A stretch of DNA of 64,000 nt, taken from positions 64,127 to 128,126 of the forward strand of contig CAIOPG010000008.1 of assembly GCA_903860135.1 (NCBI GenBank), in the 5' to 3' direction. Each line of letters opens with the position of its first letter. Position 1 is the first letter of the stretch. Below are positions 1 through 9,200 of this stretch, in pieces. The translations under genes and the position numbers were made by a program. The notes beneath the pieces were generated by a model, which saw only the letters and a list, made by a program, of their open reading frames with translations, searched no databases and was not told the DNA's origin. The stretch comes from Candidatus Omnitrophota bacterium (GTDB lineage Bacteria > Omnitrophota > Gorgyraeia > Zapsychrales > Fredricksoniimonadaceae).

Positions 1-285
1 CCCCAGCCGGCCAGCCATGTCTGGCACGTATCCACCGACCATGTTTCCAGCACCTCGAGGGTCTTGTACCTTTCATCTTTCAGGAAAGACACCGCCTCCT
101 GCCGGATGACCGTATCCCGGTTGAGGACAACGATCGGCCGCGGATCGATCTTCTTGCAACGATCGACCGTCCACCAGAAATACCATTCACACTTCTTGTT
201 GTTCTCATACCCCATGTAGGGGAAAATGATCAACGGTTTGGAATGAATGCCTTTGCTCTCTGAAAGATGTGCCATATTATTCTTC
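1..285 (-). CDS. partial CDS (5' end present, 3' end beyond window edge), hypothetical protein
   Basis: ATG at 285..283 on the minus strand opens a frame that runs to position 1 without a stop (MAHLSESKGIHSKPLIIFPYMGYENNKKCEWYFWW...). It is absent from the ORF track because it is truncated, and it has no strong SD. Confidence 0.3.
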
Positions 286-304
286 AACGTTTAAGCGCGG
301 ATGT

Positions 305-1837
305 TCACGCCTGCCCCCGTTTAGCTTCCAACTGTTTGCGGATCTCATACGCCTTGTCTTCCGAAACCTCAAAGGTCGCGATAATGTAAATCGCGATCAG
401 CGTGGTCACGATCGGGATGCCGACATCGAACAGGCGCATATAAAACAGGGCATCGGGCGACTGATGCAACCCTAACTCCTGCTTGAAACCAGTGGCATTG
501 ATAAGAATACCTGCCAAAAGAGACGCGCCGGCCATGCCCAGTTTCTGTATCCACCAGTAAATGCCGCTGAACATCCCTTCCCGACGGGTACCGGTCTGCA
601 ATTCATCAAGATCGCACACATCCGCGACCATCGAAGGAACCATGGTAAAAAGCGATCCCAAGTGAAAGGCCAAAAATGGCGTGGAGATCAACAAGAGATA
701 AGGATGCTCCGGATTATAACCAATCCATTTTAATCCATACCCCACAATCGCCAACGACATAGTGAACAAGAATGTTTTACGCTTGCCCATCTTGGTGGAG
801 ATCCATGTTGTCAGCGGGATGGCAATAAAGGCTGTACAAATAGCACCAATCATGCCATTAAATCCCAACAAAGTTCCGCCATTCTGATACATCAGATCCA
901 TTGAGCTTTGCCCACCAAAGACGTAAAAGAAAATGACATACACGCTGAAAGAAGCCGCCAGCATAAAGCCGTTGAAGATCAAGAATGTCACGGCACACAA
1001 CTTGACAAACGGCAGGCACTGGAAAGAAGTCACACAATTAGCAACCAGATCCTTGATAACACCCATGGCGCCTTTTTCTTTTTTGGTTCGGGGTAAATTG
1101 GCATAAATTTCCCTGCTGAAAATCGCCGGCAGAATACCAAACACCGCAACAAAAACGCCCACAATGATCGCCACCACACGCGCACCGTGAACCATATCTG
1201 TAAACCCGGTATGCACCACAAACTTCGGGATAATGGTGAACGTGTAGTGCCACAATTTGATGGTCCATTCAATAACAAGATCTTTAGAGCTGATGACCAA
1301 AAGCACCCACGGTGCGATCATCCAAACCGGCTGGGCAAAAAAACTGGCAAAGGCTTGCAGGCGCGTGCGTTCATGATAGTCAGGGGTCATTTCATAACCC
1401 AGCGCGATCCAGGGGATGGAGAAACAGGCAAAAACTATAACGAAAAGGCACTGAACCCCCAGCACATACCAGAAATAAAAACTCTCACTCTGCCCCTGAT
1501 GGAGCTGAAACATCAACGCCAGCAAAATACCGGACACAAGGGCGCCAAAAAAGATCCATGGCCTGCGGCGACCATATTTCGTCCGCGTATTATCTGAACT
1601 GTAGCCGATCAGCGGATCTGAAAAAGCATCAATAAAACGAGGCACCGCCCCGATCAGTCCAACCGCGACAGGATTCATCCCCAGTCCGAGATTCAACACC
1701 ACGATCAACTGCCCTATGGCAGCACCAGCGAACTGATTAACAAAAGAGCCAAAACCATAAACAGCTTTCTGAAGAAAAGGGATACGGTCTTTCTTGGCTG
1801 TTATATGGTGGGTTGAATGCTCCATGCCTTGTCCCAT
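305..1837 (-). CDS. MFS transporter, glycoside-pentoside-hexuronide (GPH) sugar:cation symporter family
   Basis: 510 aa polytopic membrane protein with the GPH signature DPLIGYSSDNTRTKYGRRRPWIF near the N-terminus. Confidence 0.6.
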   Translation of the reverse strand: MGQGMEHSTHHITAKKDRIPFLQKAVYGFGSFVNQFAGAAIGQLIVVLNLGLGMNPVAVGLIGAVPRFIDAFSDPLIGYSSDNTRTKYGRRRPWIFFGALVSGILLALMFQLHQGQSESFYFWYVLGVQCLFVIVFACFSIPWIALGYEMTPDYHERTRLQAFASFFAQPVWMIAPWVLLVISSKDLVIEWTIKLWHYTFTIIPKFVVHTGFTDMVHGARVVAIIVGVFVAVFGILPAIFSREIYANLPRTKKEKGAMGVIKDLVANCVTSFQCLPFVKLCAVTFLIFNGFMLAASFSVYVIFFYVFGGQSSMDLMYQNGGTLLGFNGMIGAICTAFIAIPLTTWISTKMGKRKTFLFTMSLAIVGYGLKWIGYNPEHPYLLLISTPFLAFHLGSLFTMVPSMVADVCDLDELQTGTRREGMFSGIYWWIQKLGMAGASLLAGILINATGFKQELGLHQSPDALFYMRLFDVGIPIVTTLIAIYIIATFEVSEDKAYEIRKQLEAKRGQA

Positions 1838-1896
1838 GCATTACCTCCGATGTGTTGGATGATTATAAGATTGACAGACGGATCTACAGCCCGTCA

Positions 1897-2784
1897 TTAT
1901 GCTTTGACCGCAGAAGCCGCTGTGCGCGGCTGGCGCGCGCCGGTCCTGGCATAATCCAGGATCTTCGCGAGCAGGCCCTTCATGTCTTTGCGCGACACGA
2001 TCATATCGAGCAGCCCGTGGGCCAGCATGAATTCCGATGTTTGAAAACCCTTGGGGAGTTTCTGCCGCACGGTTGACTCGACCACGCGCGGGCCCGCAAA
2101 ACCCAGGAGGGCTTTGGGCTCGGCGATAATAATATCACCGATGCCGGCAAACGACGCCATGATACCGCCCATGGTGGGATTGGTCAGCACGGAAATATAC
2201 ACGAGCCCGGCTTTGCCATGACGCGATAACGCCGCGCAGGTCTTGGCCATCTGCATGAGCGAAATGCACCCCTCGTACATGCGTGCCCCGCCGCCGGAAC
2301 CTGACACAATGATCATCGCCAGTTTATGCGCCGTCGCGTACTCCACCGCCCGCGTCACCTTTTCGCCAACCACCGAACCCATCGACCCCATGATGAACTG
2401 CGAATCCGTCACCGCGATAACCGCAGGGCGTCCGTCGATCTTGCCGTGGCCGGTGATCGCCGCATCGTTTAACCCCGTCAACTTTTGATCGCTGGCGAGC
2501 TTTTCTTTATATGTTTTGACCCCTTTGAACTCGAGCGGATCCATCGACAACATATCAGGATCCATCTCGACAAAGGTCCCCTCGTCGATCAACACATCCA
2601 GGCGCTGGCGCGCGGTCAGCGTCATGTGATAACCGCACTTGGGGCAAAGGCTCTGATTACTGTCCACTTCTTTGGTATACGAAGGCTGGTCGCAGTCCGG
2701 GCATTTCAGCCAGACGCCGTCAGGAATAGCTTTTTTACGCGGGACACGCACAAACGTGTTACTTTTTTTTCCAAAAAGGCTCAT
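1897..2784 (-). CDS. accD: acetyl-CoA carboxylase carboxyltransferase beta subunit
   Basis: N-terminal Zn-ribbon CPDCDQ...CPKCGYH followed by the carboxyltransferase domain. The start was moved to the internal MSLFGKK Met. Confidence 0.85.
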   Translation of the reverse strand: MSLFGKKSNTFVRVPRKKAIPDGVWLKCPDCDQPSYTKEVDSNQSLCPKCGYHMTLTARQRLDVLIDEGTFVEMDPDMLSMDPLEFKGVKTYKEKLASDQKLTGLNDAAITGHGKIDGRPAVIAVTDSQFIMGSMGSVVGEKVTRAVEYATAHKLAMIIVSGSGGGARMYEGCISLMQMAKTCAALSRHGKAGLVYISVLTNPTMGGIMASFAGIGDIIIAEPKALLGFAGPRVVESTVRQKLPKGFQTSEFMLAHGLLDMIVSRKDMKGLLAKILDYARTGARQPRTAASAVKA

Positions 2785-2834
2785 GACGATCTCCACACCC
2801 GCCAAACCGCCTGCCCGAGGCAGGAAGGCCGCGG

Positions 2835-4097
2835 TTAAAGTTTATAAAGGGCAAGCCCTGACAGCGCCTTGGGATAAAAATAGGTGGTCTTGGGCGGCAT
2901 CTTCTCGCCATTCAAAGCGATCACGCGCAACTGGTCAATGCGCACCGGATTGAGGATAAAAGCCGCCTCGGCCTGGCCGTTATCCACCGCCGTGAAGCAG
3001 GCATCCATGTCCTTGTTGCAATACGTGATATCTTCGGACTTGATGTCCAGCTTGTCAAAGACAAAGGCCTTGAGGATCAACGAATCCAGGCAACGGTAAT
3101 CATCCGAACCTTCCTTGATGAACTCATTGATCTGGCTTTTGTTCTTCAGGCGCAGGAGCTGTATCCCTTTACGGGTATATAGCCCGAACGCATGCTCGTT
3201 GCGCCCCGCCTTGGCCAGCATGACCGCGAGGTCTTCCTTCTTCTTGATGCTGTCGATGCGAAAAAGCGTTTCCAGGAACCCGATGTCCCGAGGAAATGTT
3301 TTGATGATGCGATGGATGGGGAAAATCTGCAGTTCACGCGAATCGATATTCGTGAAATACGTCATCACATAATTCCAGGGCTCGTCGCCGGTGGCGTCGG
3401 GAGTCTTCTCGAGCATCAGCTCGCGGTAGCGCCGGGATACTTCATACCGGTGATGGCCGTCAGCGATAAAAAGGTTCTGATTCTCAAAAACATCAGCCAC
3501 CTGCCCGATCAGGTCCGGATCATCGAGGCGCCAAACCATGTTGCGCGTGCCGTCATCTTCGACCACATCCACAAACGGCTTGGTCATCGCCACCTTGCGC
3601 TGAAAGATCCCCTCAACCTTTTTCTGGCTATCGGAAAAACAGACAAAGATCGGGCTGCACGCCGCCTGGAGCGCTGTCCACAGCTTGAAGCGGTCTTCTT
3701 TGGCACCCGCGTGCGTTTTCTCATGCGGATGGATGCGCGTCTTTTCATTATCGATCTTCATGACCGCCAGGAACCCCATGCGGCTGTGGCGTTCACCGAC
3801 GATCTTGTATTCCTGGCGCGTATAATAAATGCACGGCTTCGCATCCTGGACCAGGACACCCGCCTTGAGCCATTTTTCAAACGTCTCGGCCGCCTTGGCG
3901 TAACGGGCATCATCTTCCCCGTGCCGGGCATCCGCCTTGGCGAGCATCACATGGATAAAATTAAAAGGACTGCGCTTCTTGAGGGCCGCTTCCTGTTCCG
4001 GGGATATCACATCATACGGCGGGCAAACGATCTTCGCCATGTCGCCGACTTTATCCGTGTTATACACAATACCATTAAAAGGTTTTATCACTGACAT
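2835..4097 (-). CDS. DUF1015 family protein
   Basis: N-terminus MSVIKPFNGIVYNTDKVGD...PPYDVISPEQ is typical of DUF1015. An AAGGAAGGAA SD lies 9 nt before the ATG at 4097; the track ORF starts 9 nt further upstream. Confidence 0.7.
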   Translation of the reverse strand: MSVIKPFNGIVYNTDKVGDMAKIVCPPYDVISPEQEAALKKRSPFNFIHVMLAKADARHGEDDARYAKAAETFEKWLKAGVLVQDAKPCIYYTRQEYKIVGERHSRMGFLAVMKIDNEKTRIHPHEKTHAGAKEDRFKLWTALQAACSPIFVCFSDSQKKVEGIFQRKVAMTKPFVDVVEDDGTRNMVWRLDDPDLIGQVADVFENQNLFIADGHHRYEVSRRYRELMLEKTPDATGDEPWNYVMTYFTNIDSRELQIFPIHRIIKTFPRDIGFLETLFRIDSIKKKEDLAVMLAKAGRNEHAFGLYTRKGIQLLRLKNKSQINEFIKEGSDDYRCLDSLILKAFVFDKLDIKSEDITYCNKDMDACFTAVDNGQAEAAFILNPVRIDQLRVIALNGEKMPPKTTYFYPKALSGLALYKL

Positions 4098-4106
4098 CCG
4101 CCGCAT

Positions 4107-4194
4107 TTCCTTCCTTGATTTTGATATTCAACCCCGTCAAACATCCATTTAGTATACAAAGAAAATCTGATTTGACAAGAAAAGGTTACACGAA
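4107..4194 (-). promoter_or_regulatory. sigma70-type promoter module (copy 1 of an ~88 bp duplicated element) driving the DUF1015 gene
   Basis: The minus strand reads TTGTCA-N16-TATACT (-35 at 4178..4173, -10 at 4156..4151), followed by AAGGAAGGAA. A near-identical copy lies at 5506..5593. Confidence 0.6.
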
Positions 4195-4466
4195 ACAGTG
4201 GGAACGAAACAGGTACAGGGAGAACGTAACTCTTATTGGTAAACCTCAGAACGTTTCGCGATCTTAGTCATGACGACAGGCCAAGTTCCTTTTCGATCCT
4301 GGCAGAAGGGATGCGGGGCGTTTTACGCGAAGCTTCTATCTCTTTCCAAAACTTTGGATCAGCGTATTCCATGGATTCAATCAGATCTTCCCAAACATTC
4401 TGAGGTAAAAGAACCCCTTTTGCCTGGCCTTTACTGTTGACCAGCCAGATTATTCTTGTGAGCGGG

Positions 4467-4820
4467 TTAACTTAACGGCAGGCCTAATAAATCGCGCAAC
4501 CTTGAATCTATTTCTTTCTGCATGGAAACACTAACATCTCCCAAAAAGCGCGCCGTGCTTGATTGTAACAGGCAAAAGATCTTATCTGTCTTGACCAAAG
4601 ATGCCACATGCAACCCGGTCCTGCTAAAATCAACATGCGTCGAAGAAATCAGGAGGTCAACTGACCGCGGCGAATCAATCACTGAACTAATGGCGATAAA
4701 TAGCGCGTCTTGACTTGTGCGATTGTATTGTTCAGAAGATATAACGAGGGCAGGACGAACTTTATTCCCAATCAAATCAGAAAAAGGATATTTAATCAGT
4801 ACAATATCCCCTTTCTTCAC
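4467..4820 (-). CDS. mazF: type II toxin MazF/PemK family endoribonuclease
   Basis: 117 aa, MKKGDIVLIKYPFSDLIGNKVRPALVIS matches the PemK/MazF N-terminal SH3-like barrel. There is a 4-nt overlap with the upstream ORF. Confidence 0.8.
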   Translation of the reverse strand: MKKGDIVLIKYPFSDLIGNKVRPALVISSEQYNRTSQDALFIAISSVIDSPRSVDLLISSTHVDFSRTGLHVASLVKTDKIFCLLQSSTARFLGDVSVSMQKEIDSRLRDLLGLPLS

Positions 4821-5053
4821 GACAAAGCCCTGCCATCTTCAAGCGTATAAATATCTTCAGCCGGATTGTCGAGGAATGAAAACATCCCTGTTTGAAAGGG
4901 AAGCCGCATTAATTCTTGGTCAGAAATTCCACCTTGAACTAAAGTCGGGGCAAAGACAAGGGTGCGATTAAAGAAAAAGGTCGCTTCAGCCGCGATCTCT
5001 GGTTTCTGATTTATTTTATAGCCAAGCGTCTCATGATCAATTGTTTGTGTCAT
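4817..5053 (-). CDS. hypothetical protein, candidate cognate antitoxin of MazF (non-canonical)
   Basis: 78 aa ORF translationally coupled to mazF (ATGA overlap). It has no AbrB/MazE or RHH signature. Confidence 0.4.
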   Translation of the reverse strand: MTQTIDHETLGYKINQKPEIAAEATFFFNRTLVFAPTLVQGGISDQELMRLPFQTGMFSFLDNPAEDIYTLEDGRALS

Positions 5054-5056
5054 CGC

Positions 5057-5455
5057 CTACACCCCCGATTGTGAAATTTGAAACCGTCTGGCGATGATGG
5101 GCTCGCTATCACATAATACTTCAAATCTATATTCACCGTAATCAGGAAAAGGAACATTGATCATTTCAAAATTAAATTCAACAATTTGCTTCGGGCTCTG
5201 AAAATTAATCTGCCCTTCCATCCCAAACAAATCAGTTTCTTTGCCTACTTGCAAACAGCGCAACCGCATCGTGTAGACCCCCGTGCCCTCTGTTAAGGAA
5301 AGAAATACATTTAAACGAGGATGCGCACAGGGCACCGTTGACGTTGTAATATTATTGAAAAGCCCCACAAGAGACTTCTTCCCCGTCGTCTTGTCGTCAA
5401 TAACAACATCACAAATCGCCATCACTAAAGCCATTGGCTTAGGTTTTTTAATCAT
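5057..5455 (-). CDS. hypothetical protein, first gene of the three-gene MazF module
   Basis: The first ATG gives MIKKPKPMALVMAICDVV... (about 133 aa). The track ORF is extended to a TTG at 5539 inside the promoter repeat. The stop lies 3 nt from the next gene. Confidence 0.4.
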   Translation of the reverse strand: MIKKPKPMALVMAICDVVIDDKTTGKKSLVGLFNNITTSTVPCAHPRLNVFLSLTEGTGVYTMRLRCLQVGKETDLFGMEGQINFQSPKQIVEFNFEMINVPFPDYGEYRFEVLCDSEPIIARRFQISQSGV

Positions 5456-5505
5456 ATGATGAGCACGCTCAGGATAATGGTCAAAAGAAACTTGGGGCGA
5501 AAATA

Positions 5506-5593
5506 CTTCCTTCTTGATTTTGATATTCAACCCTGTCAAACATCCATTTAGTATACAAAGAAAACCTGATTTGACAAGAAAAGGTTACACGAA
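5506..5593 (-). promoter_or_regulatory. sigma70-type promoter module (copy 2 of the ~88 bp duplicated element)
   Basis: Identical -35 TTGTCA (5577..5572), 16-nt spacer and -10 TATACT (5555..5550) as copy 1, with 2 substitutions plus a 1-bp indel across the element. Confidence 0.55.
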
Positions 5594-5611
5594 GAAGGGC
5601 AAGAAAGAAAC

Positions 5612-5944
5612 TCAACGCAAGCGCCGCGCGGCATAGGTGAAGGGCAAGAAATACTTCCGCCAGGAGGCATCGGTGGAACCAAACTCGTTTGAGCCCATAA
5701 AGAAATCAACAACCGCCTCGCGCACACGCGCCACTTCCTTAAGGCGCGGCAGGCCCGATACGCTGTCCAATGTCAGATCCAGAAGCTCCAGGGCCCTTTC
5801 CACGGCCCTGCGGCTGTAAGCGGGATTCTGCTTCACCTGCCAGTTGAGCGCGCGCTCCACCTCACTGCCGATATTGGCCATTTGCGCACACAGCGTCAAT
5901 TCCTTCCAACGCCCGGCAGCCAGATCCTTGTGCTGATAACTCAC
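5612..5944 (-). CDS. hypothetical helical protein
   Basis: 110 aa ORF with GC and codon usage like the host and no recognisable motif. Confidence 0.35.
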   Translation of the reverse strand: MSYQHKDLAAGRWKELTLCAQMANIGSEVERALNWQVKQNPAYSRRAVERALELLDLTLDSVSGLPRLKEVARVREAVVDFFMGSNEFGSTDASWRKYFLPFTYAARRLR

Positions 5945-6190
5945 GCTGTCACCCGCTGCATGACAAGACCCATGACAAAATCCCCAAACATCCCGGCCGC
6001 CATCTGGCGAAGTTCCACGCGGGAAATTGTATCCGTTATTATTTTCAATTTTTCCATCTCCCTGCCATTATTCAACCCCAAAAACCAGTGCTTACTATAA
6101 CGCCTGCCATAATCCGGGTCAATCTTGATCTTTTCCTCATGTTATGGGAAACTACCACCTTTTATTCACTTGGCAAAGATAATCAAGAAC

Positions 6191-6216
6191 AAAAGCCCGT
6201 CATAAGACGGGCTTTT
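6191..6216. terminator. bidirectional rho-independent terminator
   Basis: AAAAGCCCGTC-ataa-GACGGGCTTTT is a perfect 7-bp GC stem flanked by A and T runs, immediately 3' of the giant gene. Confidence 0.8.
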
Positions 6217-6238
6217 GAAGGATAACATGAAACGGTAC

Positions 6239-9200
6239 TTATGACGGCAACAGGCTCTTGACCGGGGTGATGTTAAGGATCACCGGCCGAAACCCGCTCA
6301 CGCCATCAGCCTTGATCCGCGCCAACTCCGCCGGATCCACCGTAACCTTCATCCCCGCGCCCGTGCGCTCGACCTTGAGGTTCAGCTGAGCCGGGTCGAA
6401 GTCGATACCACCGGTGGCGGAATTGTCACGAACCTCACGCATCAAACTTTGCCGTTCCGCAGTCATCTTAACATGATTCAATGTCCACTGAACATCTCGA
6501 CTATTCACACTTGTTTTTCCATCTTGTCCCAGGAAATTCTTCATTGTTATCGGCTCAACACCCGACTCTCTACTGGCGGGAATAATTAGCCTAGGATTCG
6601 TCACAGCCATTTCATCAAACCTCCCATGAATAATGTCGGCAAACGACGTTCCTTTATAATCCGCGATAAGAGATCTGTTAACAAACCTCGGCCCCCCTGT
6701 ATGCACTAATGAAATAATGATTTCATTTTCATACAACTCTAATTTGCTAACCTTTTCCCATCCATTTGAAGAAATATCCCAAACAGTCGGCTCTTCGTTA
6801 CCAACCACCACCCCCTGCAATGCAACATTAGCAATTCCAGGTGCAGCCGTTAAAGGCATATTAATATCACTCTCTTGAAGTATAAAATCCTTAAGATGTA
6901 GGTTATCTGGGACAATAAACTTACTATTTTGAAGATAAGAATTTCCATCCAAAATTAATTTAACACGCTTTGTGGGATCTGGATTTCTAATCGTCACATT
7001 TTCTAAGATCACATGCGCCCCGTCAGGAACAACAAGCTCTATGGTTTCATCAATTTGCACACGGCCTATCCTCGTTTCTTTACCGGGCATACTTTTTGCT
7101 TTATCATGAAAACCTCTAATATACCGATCAACATTCCCATCATCCTGAAATCCATTAACTTGACCAACAAGAATTTTATCTTCCTTCACAGAAACAGGCT
7201 TTGTCACAGCTGTATAAAATTTCTGTTCCTCCGCTGATAACGTTGCAAAGAAAGCAGGATTATACTGTTTCCCAACTGTTAAATCAAAATAACTTCCAGG
7301 GAATATACGTGCTGACTGTCCATTCATTACCCCTTCCTTATACGCAACCTGCTGCTGATCAAAAGCATCCCCAGTGTAAACAAGCAAAAACGCATTAGGA
7401 ATAATGCTGTTTGTATCAATCTTCTTTAACATAAAAAGCATTTGAACAGGCGTAGGTTTTTCCTGAAATAGTTTTTGCACTCCCGTATTTGAATCTGCAA
7501 AGTTTTCCCCCAAATCATGCCATTTATTCTTTTTAATACGTGCAATAGCAGCAGCCAAAGCAGGTGATTTCTTAATGACTGCGTTTTCCGTAATTCCGTC
7601 TTCTTTACCGTCATTGGCTTGAACCAACTCATCCAAAGCTTGAAAAACAGCTTGTTTATCTTGCGGCGCGAAAACCTGTCCAGGAACGCCAAGAATAGTT
7701 ACCCCGAAATTTCCATCATTCTTAAGTTCTGATATTTGCCGAGATCCAACCTTGATACCACCCACAAAATTATATGTTCCATCAGATGCCGCCCAAACCA
7801 GTCGACGCTGAGCACCTTCACCAAAATGAAGCATTTGTGAACGAACGGCCAGGATTGTTTTCATCACTTCCAAATAATATCTTGACCCATTAGCCGTTGG
7901 GAAATTACCGATATGCCCATTTTTTACTGTCGGCGGACCGCCACGATCTTTCGTGCCACCATCTGTAATAATATTGACATTAGCATTTTTAAAAAATTCA
8001 TATCCCATTGTATTCTGCACCGCCTGCACCGCAGATGTCATCCCGCATCCATCCCCCCTCAAAACCTTAACAGACTCTTCAACACTCAAAAATATCTGCA
8101 CATACCCATTGTATTGTTGAGATATTTGTTTCATAAACTCAAGGTACGCAATATGCGAATTCTCAGAAGCTCTTTTAATATTAGTTACAAAATACTGCAC
8201 GCCTAAAACACCACTCTTTAGTGCCGCCTGAAAAACCGCATCATTACGATCAGATTTTTCCTGAGTCTCAAAAGAAAACGGTTCTTTAACTTTTAATTTC
8301 CTAGCTTCTTCCTCTGTTATTCCATTTTCAATATATTGACCAACAACATCCTGAACATCACTCACGCTCATTGTTGTTAAATCAATAGGCTTGGGAGGAT
8401 TCTCCGTCTTTGCTAAAAAAAGCGCTGGCTTTGTCTCTTTGGGGCCATCAAGCTCATTAACACGGGCTTCTTCATAAATCCTATCAATTGCCGAAATATC
8501 ATGCCGCTCTGCCGCTTGTATAATTTGCTGAGAATGACGATTATTTTTTTCATAAAACATCTTTATCTTCTCGATCTTTACCAACTGCTCTTTTTGTCCC
8601 GCCACATCATTATCATCCCAGCGATCAATTAAATGCCCAAATCCATTTTCAGCTGCAAAAAATAATGTTGCTCTTTCCGGCGCATCCACCTGAGAACGCT
8701 CAAAATGAACTTTCGCTCTTTCTGGCAAATTAGAGCTTTTAACAAACTCAACCTGCTCTTGTGGCGTCGCAGCCCTGTCAAATGTCGTCTGCGGCCTCGC
8801 TTCAGGCTTCCCTGGCTTCTGCGTAATAGCAACCTTAACACTACTCAAATCATGACCCGCATCAGCCGCATCCCGAACCTGTACCGGCAATTTTTCAGCC
8901 CTGTCAACCTTTTGAGCATTCTCCCGAACCTTTGCCGCTAGTTCCGTACCCTGAAACCCCCCCGAAAAATACTTGCGCGGGAGGGTTTCCTGGGTGACGG
9001 GGTCTACGTCTTCTTTGATGTAATTGAACACGCCTTCTTTATAGGCGGCGATGTAGCGTTGGTAGATCTTTTCTTTGTCGGTCTTGTCGAGGATATCGAC
9101 GCCGTCGACTTTGTTCTTGTCGGCATAAACCTGGCCGAGGAGGCTGTCTTTAAGGTTGTTCTTGTACCACATGGCCAGCACCATCGCCTGGTAAACCTGG

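Noticed and set aside
5456-5539. TTG-initiated N-terminal extension of ORF 5057-5539
   Set aside because: The extension runs through the duplicated promoter/SD element and starts upstream of the predicted -10. The first ATG at 5455 is the more likely start.
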